Below are positions 37,059-49,525 of a stretch of DNA of 64,000 nucleotides, piece after piece. The translations under genes and the position numbers were made by a program. Below the pieces are notes generated by a model, which saw only the letters and a list, made by a program, of their open reading frames with translations, did no database searches and was not told the DNA's origin. The number at the start of each line of letters is the position of its first letter. Position 1 is the first letter of the stretch. This stretch comes from Chrysemys picta bellii (taxonomy: Eukaryota), in the NCBI RefSeq assembly GCF_011386835.1, contig NC_088794.1, positions 133,858,001 to 133,922,000 of the forward strand, given 5' to 3'.

Positions 37059-38189
37059 AAAGATTTCACAGTCATTTCAAAAGTGTCTGGTGTTCCAGCT
37101 TTGGCCTGTGGTCCGCCTATTGACTACTCCTGGTCAAGTCCTTTGCTGAGGCAGACGCGGTCTAGATGACCGTGCAATAATACAGCCCAGGCCCTCGCCA
37201 CCGTTTGGCTTGCTGTACTCTTACACAAATGGCAACTCTTTGAGCCATCTTTGTGGTGAACTGTATTCCTCCATGCCTGCATTGTCTGTAGGCTGCTGTG
37301 TCTACAATAGGCTGTGATCCTGCACTGTTCACCTGGGCCCCTGCATCCTCACAAACTCCTATGTCGTCTTTGGAGTGACTGCTGCAAGAGTGCTTGTCTC
37401 TCTCCCCACCAGATATTAAAAGATATTTACTAAAAGTAAAAGATATTACCTCACCCCCCTTATCTCTGTAACACTTAACATTTGTAATTACCTGAGTAGT
37501 CCCATTGCAGGAGCAGGACTGTAAATGCATCTTGTTATGCCTTTCTGTAAAGCACTATGCTTGCCTGTGATAGTACAAATAAATATTTTTTTATTGTAAA
37601 TCATCAAAGCTATAGAAACAAACTATTATAAAAAAAACACACACACACACAGTATAACTGTAAAACAGTGTGAAAAATGGGGCTTACTGGGAGAATTCCA
37701 TAGAAATTACATATATTCAAACTTGCAGAATTATTTGGCCCTTTCATACAGTTTCTTGTAGAAGGTAGTGACTTAGGCTTGTGTTTTTTTAAAAGTACTA
37801 GTGTATCAGTATTGTGTTTTCAATTAAAAATTTAAAAGTCTCATACAAATTTGAAATATGAAGTAAGTTTTAAAAGTTTTAAGGTAACAAGTCTTGTGGA
37901 TGGGGGGGAAGTGGTAGATGTGGTATATCGTGACTTTAGTAAGGTTTTGATACTGTATCACATGACCTTCTCATAAACAAACTAGGGAAATATAACCTAG
38001 CTGGAGTTAATATAAGGTGAGTACATAATTGGTTGGGAAACTGTTCCCAGAGAGTAGTTAGTGGTTCACAGTCAAGCTGGAAGGGCATATCAAGTAGGTT
38101 CCTGCAGGGATCAGTTCTGGGTCCAGTTCTGTCCAGTATCTTCATCAGTGATTTAGATAATGGCATAGAGAGTACACTTACAATTTTTA

Positions 38190-38592
38190 ACGAGGAGTCC
38201 TTGTGGCACCTTAGAGACTAACAGATTTATTTGGGCATAAGCTTTCATGGGCTATAACCCAGTTTATCAGATGCATGGAGTGAAAAATACAGTAGGCAGA
38301 TATAAATATACAGCACATGAAAAGATGGGAGTTGCCTTACCAAGTAGGGGATCAGTGCTAACGAGGCCAATTCAATCAGGGTGGATGTGACCCATTCCCA
38401 ACAGTTGACAAGAAGGTATGAGTATCTGTGAGCCACATGCACCCTGATTGAATTGGCCTTATTAGCACTACAAAAAGTAATTTTCCCTCTGTTGATATTC
38501 CCAAATAAATCTGTTAGTTTCTAAGGTGCCACAAGGACTCCTCATTGTTTTTGCTGATATTGACTAACACGGCTACCCCTCTGAAACCTGTC
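38190..38592. mobile_element. Older Penelope-like inverted terminal insertion inside CR1
   Basis: Arms gaggagtccttgtggcaccttagagactaacagatttattt / aaataaatctgttagtttctaaggtgccacaaggactcctc; tail gactaacacggctacccctctgaaacctgtc; decayed hammerhead on minus strand 38235-38274. Confidence 0.7.
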
Positions 38593-38861
38593 CCTTCTAA
38601 TTTTTGCAGAGAATACCAAGCTGAGAGCGGTTGCAAATGTCTTGAAGGATAGGATTAAAATTAAAAATGATCTGGACAAACTGGAGAAACGGGTTTAAGT
38701 TAATTAGGATGACATTCAATAAGGACAAATACAAAGTACTCCATTTAGGAAGGAACAATCAGTTGCACACATACAAAATGGGAAATTACTATGTAAGAAG
38801 GAGTACTGCATAAAGGGATCTGGGCATCATAGTGGATCACAAGCTCAATATGAGTCAACAG

Positions 38862-39309
38862 CATAGTCGCCAATTTTCTCCAGCGCCGGTGGGTGCCTGC
38901 ACCCTCCGCCCCTTTCCCCACCAGTGGCCCCGCCCCAACTCCACCCCATCCCCGCCCCCATTCCAACCCTATCCCCAAAGTCCGCACCCTAATTCTGCCC
39001 CCTCCCTGCCCCTATTTGATCCCTTCCCCAAATCCCCTCCCTGGCCCCGCCTCTTCCCCCCAGTGCGCCACGTTCCCCTTTTTCCCCCCTCCCTGCCCGG
39101 CGAATCAGCTGTTTCATGGCGCAAGTGCTGGGAGAGAGGGGGGAGAAGCAGGATGCGGTGGCGCACTCGCAGAGGAGGCGGAAGCGGAGGTGAGTTGGAG
39201 CAGGGGCGCGGGGCGGGGCCACAGGGAGCTGCCAGTGGGTGCTGAGTACCCACCAATTTTTTTCCATGGGTGCTCCAGCCCCAGAGCACCCACGGAGTCG
39301 GCACCTATG
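38862..39309. mobile_element. hAT MITE inside CR1
   Basis: Ends catagtcgcc / ggcacctatg; perfect TSD gtcaacag (38854-38861, 39310-39317). Confidence 0.88.
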
Positions 39310-39696
39310 GTCAACAGTGTAACACTGTTGCAAAAAAAGCAAACATATTCTGGGATGTATTAGCAAGAGTGTTGTAAGGAAGACATGAGAAATAACTCTT
39401 CCACTCTACTCCATGATGATACCAGCCTCAACTGGAGTATTGTGTCCAGTTCTGGGCACCACATTTCAGGAAAAATGTGGACAAATTGGAGAAAGTCCAG
39501 AGAAGAGCAACAAAAATTATTAAAGGTCTAGAAAACATGACTTATGAGGGAAGATCAAAAAAATTGGGTTTGTTTAGTCTGGAAAAGAGAAGACAGAGGG
39601 TTCATAACAGTTTTCAAGTATATAAACGGTTATCACAAGGAGGAGGGAGAAAAATTGTTGTTCTTAACTTCTGTGGATAGGACAAGAAGCAATGGG

Positions 39697-40442
39697 CAGG
39701 GCCGGCTTTAGGCCGATTCAGCCGATTCTGCTGAATTGGGCCTCGCGCCTAAGAGGGTCCCGCAGCTGTCCACCCCGCCCCCAGCTCACTTCCCCCTCCT
39801 CCCCTCCCCTGAATGCTCCGCCCCCTGCTCCTCCCCCTCCCCTGCTTCCCGCGAATCAGATGTTCGCGGGAAGTCTGAAAACAAGCAGGGGCAGGCAGCA
39901 GCAGGTAAACTGGGGTGGGGGAGGGGCGCAAGGAGGGATCTGGGGAGGCGCGGCCCAGTCCGGCTCCTGTCGAGCGCCCCCGGCACCGGTGGTTCTGGCT
40001 CCGGCTCAGCTCGGGCCTCAGGGCGCCGGCCCGGCCCCGGCTCCGCAGCTCCGGCCCCGGCTGAGCACCCACGGCTCCAGCCCAAGCGGCTCTGGCCCAG
40101 CTCGGCTCGGGCCCCAGGGTGCCGGCCCCGGTTCTGGCCAAGTGCGCCAGCCCAGCCCCGGCCCCGCGCCTCTGGCCAAATGCGCCGGCCCGGCCCTGGC
40201 ACCAGCTGAGCACTCCCGGACCCGGCCTGAGCGGCTCCGGTCCAGGTCAGCTCGGGCCCTGGGGTGCCGGCCACGGCCGAGCGTGCTGGCCGAGCACCCC
40301 CGGCCCCAGCCCCAGCAGCTCCAGCCCGGACCCAAGCCCCTTGACCCCAGCTGGAGCGCTGCCCGATTCCCGGGGGCGGGGCTTGCCGGCAGCAAGCCCC
40401 GCCCCCAGGAATTGGGCCCCGCTCTTGCTAAAGCCGGCCCTG
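39697..40442. mobile_element. Very GC-rich hAT MITE inside CR1
   Basis: TIRs cagggccggctttag / ctaaagccggccctg; TSD gcaatggg / gcaatgtg. Confidence 0.9.
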
Positions 40443-41701
40443 GCAATGTGCTTATATTGCAGCAAGGGAGGTTTAGGTTGGACATTAGGAAAAAGTTCCT
40501 AACTGCCAAGGTAGTTAAGTACTGGAATAAATTGCCTAGGGAGGTTGTGGAATCTCTGTCATTGGAGTTCTTTAAGACCAGGTTAGACAAACACCTGTCA
40601 GGAATGGTCAAATACTTTGTTCTGCCTTGAGCATAGGGGACTGGACTAGAAGACCTCTCAGGGTCCCTTCCAGTCCTATGAATCTATGAATTGTTGCTAC
40701 ACCCACACAAAATTTCTGCTTAATGAACAATTTTAGAAGTATATTAAGTATATAGTACTGTATAGATAGGTCCATATTTATTCAATACATTAAATATTGC
40801 AACAGTGATTAGACGTAAGGTGAGTACTACCTCCTCTTTTCAGAGTCATATTTAGGTAGGTATGTTAAGCCTACAGTTGATCCTTACCACCTGTCATTCA
40901 CTGTGAAACAACTAGCGGTAAAAGTGGTGTGGCTACAATCCAATTAGAAGTTCATCATCTTTGCCAGAGAACCTATAATAATATTAGGAAGAAAAATAGT
41001 GGATTTGATGCATGTACATTAAACAGAATTTCTGGTTTACTAACTTGCACTTCCCCTGTTTGTGGTTCTTTTTCTTGTTTGATGGCCTACGTAGCAATCT
41101 CAGCTGAAAACTGCAAGATTTGCTGCAGGACTGACCATCTATAAATAATACAAGTTTATTTTAATGTAAAATAAAGATACAATTTACAATAAACCCAAAA
41201 GTTATAGAAAGAAAATAATATGTGACTCATATTTTACCAATGCAATATTTGTTTAAAAATCAGTATGTAAAATAAATGGGAATTAAAAATAAATAATATT
41301 AAAATAAGTGGCAAAAGAAATATTTCGATTTAATTAAATAAAACTGGAGTCACTTTTAAAAAGCCATGCGTGGGGGTATAACTTACTAGCTATGAATCTA
41401 GCCTGAATGAATGAGACCTGTGGGCTGTTTGTACCTTAGGGTTGTTGCTCCTGCTTACTCATGGCCCCCCCGTCTGAACCCTTTGAACGGGTTTGTATAA
41501 TCGCTGGCTCAAATATGCTTATTGAGCCTACAAGGTCTGGAGTCTGGACCCCGGACCCCGCTGTCGGGGCGGGAACTGAGTACATTGTCTCGGGAGCAGG
41601 CAATATTTACACGAGTCTACAGTAAGTTAGAGAGGGAGAAATGGCAACAGTTGTTTCTGTGTTATTCTTATGAAGATCAGTGCAAACGTTTTGTACGAAG
41701 T

Positions 41702-41775
41702 GGCCGGTTAGCTCAGTTGGTTAGAGCGTGGTGCTAATAACGCCAAGGTCGCGGGTTCGATCCCCGTACGGGCCA
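41702..41775 (+). tRNA. tRNA-Ile (anticodon AAT)
   Basis: Full cloverleaf GGCCGGTTAGCTCAGTTGGTTAGAGCGTGGTGCTAATAACGCCAAGGTCGCGGGTTCGATCCCCGTACGGGCCA; anticodon at 41736-41738; intact A and B boxes. Confidence 0.98.
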
Positions 41776-41783
41776 CAACGCAA

Positions 41784-41789
41784 TTTTTT
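41784..41789 (+). terminator. RNA polymerase III terminator of tRNA-Ile
   Basis: T6 run 8 nt after the discriminator base. Confidence 0.85.
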
Positions 41790-42979
41790 CTTTCTTTAAT
41801 TTTTTTATATTACATTGACTTTCCATTAATATGTTTTGATGGATAAAAACGCAAATTAACATGCTCATATTAAAATTAAAATCTTGTTATAAAATAATGA
41901 CTGAGATTATTTTACTTTCAATCAGCTACCAAAAGGGTGAGGTTTAAACTGCCTCTCCATCAAGCTTTTAAAAAGATCTATAACCTTATAATGCAGCACC
42001 ACAGTTTTTAGGGGGAACCTTTGCCTGAGGATTTATGCACCCACAATTACATTATCTGCAGTCAGAAATGCAAGTGTATCCATTATGCCTGCATCTATCT
42101 GCACACTCATATTTGACTTTTCATGTTTTTGTTATAGCACATTACTTGGTGCAATACAAAATAATAGTTTTAAAAATATATATTCAGCAAAAGAGTAACA
42201 GCACAGCACATTTAGGTGAGTTGAGAAGTAAATTGTAGATGTAAAATAGTCCCTCCACAAATTTCAAATAGTCTCTTTATTTTTGCTTTAGAACGTTTAA
42301 AAGTAGAAAACTAGTCTCTCTTGATTCTCTTGAATAATTTTACGCTACTCTGAAAACTGGTTGTAAAAAATATTGTCATGCAGAGAAAACTGCCCTACTT
42401 CAAATTAAAAAATTGAAGAAAACATTCCCAATGAAATGGTTAAAAGTCAGGGTAGACTCAGCATGCTGCTCATTGAAAAAATTATGCATGTACCTAATCC
42501 CATAGATTTGAGGGTAAGCACGTGCACACATCTTTGCAGGATCAGAGCCAAAATGTTAAAACAGTGAGGTAATACCTTTGTGGGTAAAGTTGACTTGGCA
42601 TTTCCATTAAAACCCCTTAATCGGGGGATTATATCTTGTGTGTTTCAGAAAACAGGCTGACATTTGGTTTGGATACAATTTACTTTACAAAAAAAGGCTT
42701 AAGATCTTCCCCCACCACTTATTTTTACTTTTAAAAGCACTGTAATCAGTTTCAGATGCTTTTTGTCTATCCCATGGTGTATCAAATCTGTCTATACAGA
42801 CGTACTGACGCCCTATGAGTTGCACTGTTTTGAATTCTACTTGTGGGGTGTTGCACTGAATTGAATTGCACTGAACTATACTGTTGAATGAGTGTATACC
42901 GAATTCAACTGTATTACACTGAGCACCACCGCACAGGAAAACGCTTTCGAAAGTGTCTTGTCCCTCCTGGGCCCCGGTC

Positions 42980-43140
42980 CGTCCATATGACCACGCCCCT
43001 TCCATGATGACGTGTCCAGACCGCAGCGGCGGCCCCCATTGGCTCCCGCATTGCCGGTTCCTGTAGGTTCGTTCCGCACCTTTAAGACCTGGGGGCCGAA
43101 TGCGTCTCCCGCCCCCCGACAGCTGCCAAGATGGCGGCTC
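42980..43140 (+). promoter_or_regulatory. ZNF839 CpG-island promoter / 5' UTR
   Basis: GC box ccacgcccc (42991-42999), ATGACGTG (43007-43014), reverse CCAAT (43038-43042), YY1-type CAAGATGGCGGC over the ATG. Confidence 0.7.
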
Positions 43141-43979
43141 CCGAGGATGGGGGCGGAGAGAGCGTGACGGTGGCATCGCCGCCGTCTCCTGCTGAGGAAG
43201 AGCCCCCCGGACCGGCCGCCGCCCGCGGGGCTCGCCACAGCGCGGCGGCCGGGGAGAGGGTTGGCCTGCTGGGACCTGGGTATCCCCCCGGGGCGGTCGC
43301 GGCCAGGGGTGACTTGCTGGGTCCGCTGGAGCCTGAGGAGGGAGGGGGTCTGCTGGGCCCCCTGGAGGCTGGATCCCCCACCGAGGAGGGATCGGAGGTG
43401 CTGGCGGTGACCGAGGAGTTGGCCCAGAGCCTGGCTGCCAGCTCCTCCGCCGTCGGCACCGCCCTCTACCTGGAGCCGGGTGGGAGCCTGGTGCAGGGGG
43501 CTGAGCTGAGCGCGGAGGAGCAGCTGGTGGTGGCGGCGACCGAGAACCAGGCAGTTGGGTTGCCGGGGAATTTGCCTGCGGAGAGGAGTCAAGCCGAGCC
43601 ACTGGCTCAGCCTCCCGGCCAGCAGGCCACAGCGACGCCCCTGGCCCCCGAGGAGCTGCAGAGGGTCATCGAACAAGTGAGCAGGGCCCAGAAGCAGCCT
43701 CCACCGCCCCTTCTTCCCTCCTCTGGAGCTGGCATTGGATCCTTATTGTTGCCTCCTCCCCGAGCTGGGGGGTACTCGCTACCCCAGGAGATTGGCCTCA
43801 TGCCCCCAGCATCAGGGTTCAGCAGCTCACCACAGAGCTGTAGCCTGACTGCTGCCTCCGGGTCCCAGCCCGTGACCAGTATCATGCACAATGCAGCTCA
43901 GCAGTTGCAGAATGTGGCCCAGCAGGTTGCCCTTCAGCAGGGCAAAACTATCGGTACCACCAGATGCCTTGTACACAAG
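43131..43979 (+). CDS. ZNF839: ZNF839 coding exon 1
   Basis: Strong Kozak gccaagATGG; PLAPEELQRVIEQVSRAQ and AAQQLQNVAQQVALQQG match human N-terminal blocks; donor AAG|GTAAAC, phase 0. Confidence 0.88.
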
Positions 43980-45797
43980 GTAAACAAAGGGGAAGAGGGA
44001 ATGTCTTTGGAAAGCCAAGGGCCAAGTGAATGGGAAAGTGGTCTCCAATATAGAATTGGGCCTGGGAACTAGAATGTGCTGAATATTGAATAGTCATGGC
44101 CAGTTCTCAGTGATGAAACTGCTGAGTGCTATTGCACTATTTCCACTGCTGACCCTAATTTCCTGATCACTTTAACCTGCCTTGGAATTAGATTTCTCCA
44201 GTCTAATAGTTTTGGAACACTGGTGTTGGGAGCAGCTCAGTTTCTAACAAGGTAGAGCGTATACTGTTGAATGGAGGTGACAGGCGCTGGTCAGCGTGAC
44301 CTATGTTCTAGTCTGGCAGAATAAGCACAGTTGTCCAACATGATTTGGAAGAACTACTTTACAGCGACTAGGCCAATGTAACCTGTCAGTCTAGCGTATC
44401 TAGCAACTGAGTGTTTGGGGTACTTAGTTTGTGCTAGCTCATTGATCTATAGGTGTTTTGTTTTTTTATTACAGTGGCTGCCTGCTATACTTGAGATTTT
44501 AAAGCTGTTTCTATTATAACTTTTGTTTTCATGCACTCTTTAACTTTCCCAATATTTTCCTTTTGGGCTAAGATTTTCCATGTTTGGTTCTTGCCCAATA
44601 GTAACTTTTTTTTTTTTTTTTTTAAAGTGAGTAATATTCGTTCAGCTGTGTTTGTATTATGGAAGACTGTTTTTAAAAACAGAAAAATCTCTGTTCACAT
44701 TCTTGAACAGGTGTTGTTATAATAGAAACATTTGAAGTTTGAAATTAGAAGTCTGGACTGAATTTAGCCTGTCAGGTCTTTGGGGCAGGGACTGCCTTTT
44801 TTTTTTTTTTTTTTTTTGTTCTGTCCTTTCATACAGTGCTTAGCACAGTGAGATCCTGGTCCATGATTAGAGTTTCTGGGCATCACTGTAATACAAATAA
44901 TAATAATGAGCCTTTTCTTTGGGGATAGTATTTGCTTAATTGGGGGAGGGGGGAGAGGGATTATTTGCCAACTAGAAGCAATTAACTTGTAGACTTTCCT
45001 TTAAGTGGAGAGCTGTGCATTTAGGCCTTGATCTAGCAAAGCACTTAAGCATGTGTTTGCACAGCATCAGCGGGATTATTTGTGTGTTTGCACTTTGGCA
45101 TGTGCTTAAGTGCTTTGATGGATGGTTTGCAGCTAGAGAAATGGACACTTTTCAAGTAAGAGGCAATAGACAGGCTTTGACTCTTCCTCAGTCCCTTGCT
45201 ATCCCTGTGGTGTGATTTTTAAAAAACAAAACAATAAATAGGGTGGGGAGAGAAGGACAGACAGGAGGTGATAGGCCAGAGGCCTGAGTTGCTTATATCA
45301 TCTTAAGGATTTTTGAACTGTGCATTTATTAGGGTATAACTGTGGCCTAATACTTGGCCTGCAAAATTAATAGACAGTAGTTGTCCTGTGGGTGAGATGT
45401 GGTTATTCAGTTTACAAATTCACAGCATAGGTCTAGAGCTTGCAACTGAATCTGCACAGGTGAACCCTTATTGACTTCAACAGGGCTCTGCCCAACGGAT
45501 CCATTTGCAGAAATTATTCCTTAGTTTTTGACAACTAAATTCATGGTTGATGGACATTAAAAATAAAACAGTGATATGATATACAAAGTAAACTGAAATT
45601 CCTTATCTGAGCAACAAATGGAACTGTATGATAATTTAGTAGCTGGAAGGAAGGAAATATGTTCCTTGAGTGTTGTAAGAAAACTGGATGATGTATCTAG
45701 TTTCTTCATGTTTCACTTTAAGGTCTTATACACAAAGATCTAAAATCTTGATAAATAATATTGTACTTTTACATTTTCAACTTTTTTCCCCCTAAAG

Positions 45798-46730
45798 CAA
45801 TTAGAAGCCATTTGTGTTCAAGTGCAGCCGGGGCAGATGAAGGAAAATGAAAAGCCAGTGCCACCTGTTGCAGGAGTCCAGTCCAAAGCTATAACACCGA
45901 GTCAGCCAGTTGGTAGGAATTCTGGTCTGTCTAGACTTAATATTATTAATCCCCAGATTATTAGGATACAGCCTGTAACAGGAACTGAGCAGCAACAGTT
46001 TTTCTTGCATAGTTCTTCTGAGCCTCCAGTTCAGCTACTTGTGCAGAGACCTTTAGCCCCGGATGGACCAGTGTCAGTGAATAAGATTCCCACACACCAG
46101 GCACTGAATGGACAAAAAACTACATGTGCCACAGTGTCTGCTACAGAGTCTCGAAATGTTACTTTGGTGGCAGCCAGTTCAGCAAATACTCTTATCTCGA
46201 GCCTTGAGAAAAAGCAAAAAGAAGAACTAAAGCTAAAAAAGTCTTTGAAAGTGAAGACTCGTTGTGGACGGATTTCACGCCCTCCAAAATATAAAGCGAA
46301 AGATTATAAATTCATTAAAACAGAGGATTTGGCCGATGGTCATCAGTCTGATTCTGATGACTATGCTGAACTAAGCATAGAAGATGACGATGAGGGGAAA
46401 GCAAAGGGAATGGATGCATTATTCAATCCTTTGAATTATAACCTAAAGCCCAAAATGTTTAAATGTCAGACTTGTGAAAAATCCTACATAGGAAATGGAG
46501 GATTAGCACGACATTATAAACTTAATCCAGGTCATGGACAACTGGAGTCTACACAGCAAAAAGTCTCAATGAATAAAACTAATAGAAGTGTGTTTCTGGA
46601 TATTTCTGGAGGAGCAGATGATGAAACTCTGAGTCTGGCACTCTCGCAACCAATTGCTGTCACTTTAAATAATGAAAATTCACTAGCTATTGGTTTGGAA
46701 GAAACTGCTTCTTCACAGAGTGAGCAACAG
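45798..46730 (+). CDS. ZNF839: ZNF839 coding exon 2 with single C2H2-type finger
   Basis: 933 nt; acceptor ttttttccccctaaag; FKCQTCEKSYIGNGGLARHYKLNPGHG at 46458-46538; donor CAG|GTAAAG. Confidence 0.96.
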
Positions 46731-48545
46731 GTAAAGTAATAGTTTGCTTTCTGCATAATATGCAGTTTCATAAACAATATAAAGGCAATTTCACTCCAAC
46801 ATTATTGCAATTTTAGAACCTTATTCTACACTAATTCATATACTGAATTCCTATTGCTGGCAATAGGAATTCTTTACATAGATTGAAGGTAGTGGCCTAT
46901 GTGCATGGCCAAAAGAGAATAGGAATGAATTAGGAAAAGTTGCAATCTGCTTGTCTGAAACTGCAATAAATATGTATGACCATTGGTTAAGTTTTAAAAT
47001 AAACAACAAACGAACAAAAAAATTTAGTGACCTGCTGGGGGAGAACAAGATTTAGACTTTGTAACTAACCTCGCTTATTTCTCAGCATTGACATAAGGAA
47101 AAAACACTCTGCAGTTTATGTATATTTCATTTTAAAAGGCTTAAAAAACCCCAACCATCTTCTATATTCAGGAGTCAGTTTGACCCATCACTGAAATACA
47201 GCCTCTGCTGGGTTGAAACTCAGCTGTCCGTGGACAGCTATGCTATATAGTGTATTGTTGGAAGTGAAGCATAACTTCTGCAATTGAAACTATAGAGGGA
47301 AATCTAGTGTAGGTAGAATACAATTCCCTGCGTTAGAAAAATGTCAGTAGTTTCAGTTGGAGAGGTTCCAAGAAACTGGTTTTAAACTGTCCATTTCATA
47401 GTAAAGTGCATTTGTCAATAGAAATGAATGGTCTTTGTAGCCTTCTTGCTGCAAAAGAAAGTCTCCACTGTAAACAGTGGAGCTATAATTGTATCACAAC
47501 TGCCTTTTTAGGAAGACTGTTCTTTTGGATGCGGCAATGTTATATTTGTTGCGTTTTTGTGAATGTGGGTAGCCTGAGACATGACATAAGGTTAGTAGAT
47601 AATTACAAACAAAAAGCAGAGTTTTCTACAACTTGGGGAGGAAAAAGAAGAGAAAGCTCCATGAAGTTAACTGACTCATTATATAGATCTAATTTGCCTG
47701 TGCAGTATTTGTATATTGTGGTGATGGGGACTTAAGAAAAACCTAAAAGTGGTCTTTTGAATTTATTTTGCCATACAATCTTTAGGACTGTTGATTGGCT
47801 GAATATAGTGCTACAGAAAATCTGAAATTTCTGTCTGACAAATATGAGCCCCACAGAATTTCCCCTTGGTAACTGAATGACTTACTAGTCTATAAATTGA
47901 CTTAATTATTGTGGCTGCTTGAGTCACCAGGCTAGATTTTGTCTTTCTGTCCTGCCAGATAGCTATATTGTTGGCCATAAGCCATTGTCCGTTATGATTG
48001 TTATCGAGAAACATTAAGAGGATTATCAATACAGGTAGATTATGGAGGAAGAATAGCACCCGTGACCCACACTTCAAATTAAAAACTTCAGTTGCAGTTG
48101 AATGAGTTTGGTAATTTGCATCTAGTCTATAGGTAACACTGCACTAAATTTGGGAAGTCTGTGCAAAGAGGGGGGCTATTGTTGGAATGTAAGCAGGAGG
48201 TATTGAAGGTTAGGACTAAGATTCGTTCATAGAACTGAGAGGACACTTGAATTATTGTAACATTAATTACCATTTGAAGATATTTATAAACAGCCTCATC
48301 ACATGAATCTTTAGGACATTCATTTTAATATTCTAGCTAGCTAGGGGAAGTGGCTTTCAGTGAGAGATTCTTGGACTCTCTTTTGCCAACTTTTTTCTAT
48401 GCTGGCTTTGAGACCATTTTTGAAAATATAAATTTTTGTAACTTCTTTTGGTGTAGTGAATATTGTATTCCTGCATATCCATTGTTTACTGTTGCTTAAA
48501 TAGCTTGACTTTGTTTGTATTGAGACCACAACACCAGTTTTAAAA

Positions 48546-49525
48546 AATGATCTGGGAAAAGGGGTGAACAGTGAAGTGGCAAAATTTGCAGATGATACAA
48601 TACTGTAGATAGTTAAGTCCAAAGCAGACTGCGAAGAGTTACAAAGGAATCTCACAAAACTGGGTGACTGGGCAACAAAATGGCAGATGAAATTCAATGT
48701 TGATAAATGCAAAGTAATGCACATTGGAAAACATAATTCCAACTATACATATAAAATGATGGGGTCTAAATTATCTGTTACCACTAATCTTGGAGTCATT
48801 GTGGGTAGTTCTCTGAAATCATCCACTCAATGTGCAGCGGCAGTCAAACAGAATGTTGGTAATAATTAAGAGAAGGATAAGATAAGAAGACAGAAAATAT
48901 CATAATACTGCATGCAGATGTGATATATTGGAATTGGAAAAGGCTCAGAAAAGGGCAACAAAAATGATTAGGGGTATGGAACAGCTTCCGTATGAGGAGA
49001 GATTAAAAAGACTGGGACTTCTCAGCTTGGAAAAGAGACAACTAAGGGGAGAGGGGGGGAATATGATAGAGGTATATAAAATCATGACTGGTGTGGAGAA
49101 AGTAAATAAGGAAGTGTTATTTACTCTTCCCATAACACAAGAACTAGGGGTCACCAAATGAAATTAATAGGCAGCAGGTTTAAAACAAACAAAAGGAAGT
49201 ATTTCTTCACACAACGCACAGTCAACCTGTGGAACTCTTTGCCAGAGGATGTCGCAAAGGCCAAGACTATAACATATAACAAAAATGAATGTGATAAATT
49301 CATGGAGGATAGGTCCATCAGTGGCTATTAACCAGGATGGGCAGGGATGGTGTCCCTAGCTTCTGTTTGCCAGGAGCTGGGAATGGGTGACGGGATGGAT
49401 CACCTGATGATTACCTGTTCTGTTCATTCCTTCTGGGGCACCTGAGATTGGCCACTGTCAGAAGACAGGATACTGGGCTAGATGGACCTTTGGTCTGACC
49501 CAGTATGGCTGTTCTTACGTTCTTA
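48546..49525 (+). mobile_element. CR1 LINE 3' portion (subfamily with long 3' UTR and gttctta tail)
   Basis: MKFNVDKCKVMHIG and KVQKRATKMIRGME-like peptides; tail tggctgttcttacgttctta. Confidence 0.9.

Larger units (their letters stand above)
37881..40690 (+). mobile_element. CR1 LINE RT region with three nested insertions
   Basis: CR1 segments 37881-38189, 38600-38861, 39310-39696 and 40443-40690 are collinear once inserts are removed; tail cccttccagtcctatgaatctatgaa. Confidence 0.9.

Noticed and set aside
37162-37530. 122-aa minus-strand ORF with protein-like composition
   Set aside because: No recognisable domain, and its start overlaps a Penelope-like tail fragment; no splice context supporting an exon.
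39692-40630. 312-aa ORF ending in CR1-like peptide
   Set aside because: Chance read-through of a GC-rich MITE into the CR1 ORF2 remnant; not a gene.
42685-43676. 305-aa and 266-aa minus-strand ORFs
   Set aside because: Antisense shadows of GC-rich ZNF839 exon 1.
47810-48080. Possible extra ZNF839 exon after tgctacag
   Set aside because: Stop codon in the required phase 0 after two codons; exons 2 and 3 already join in frame.
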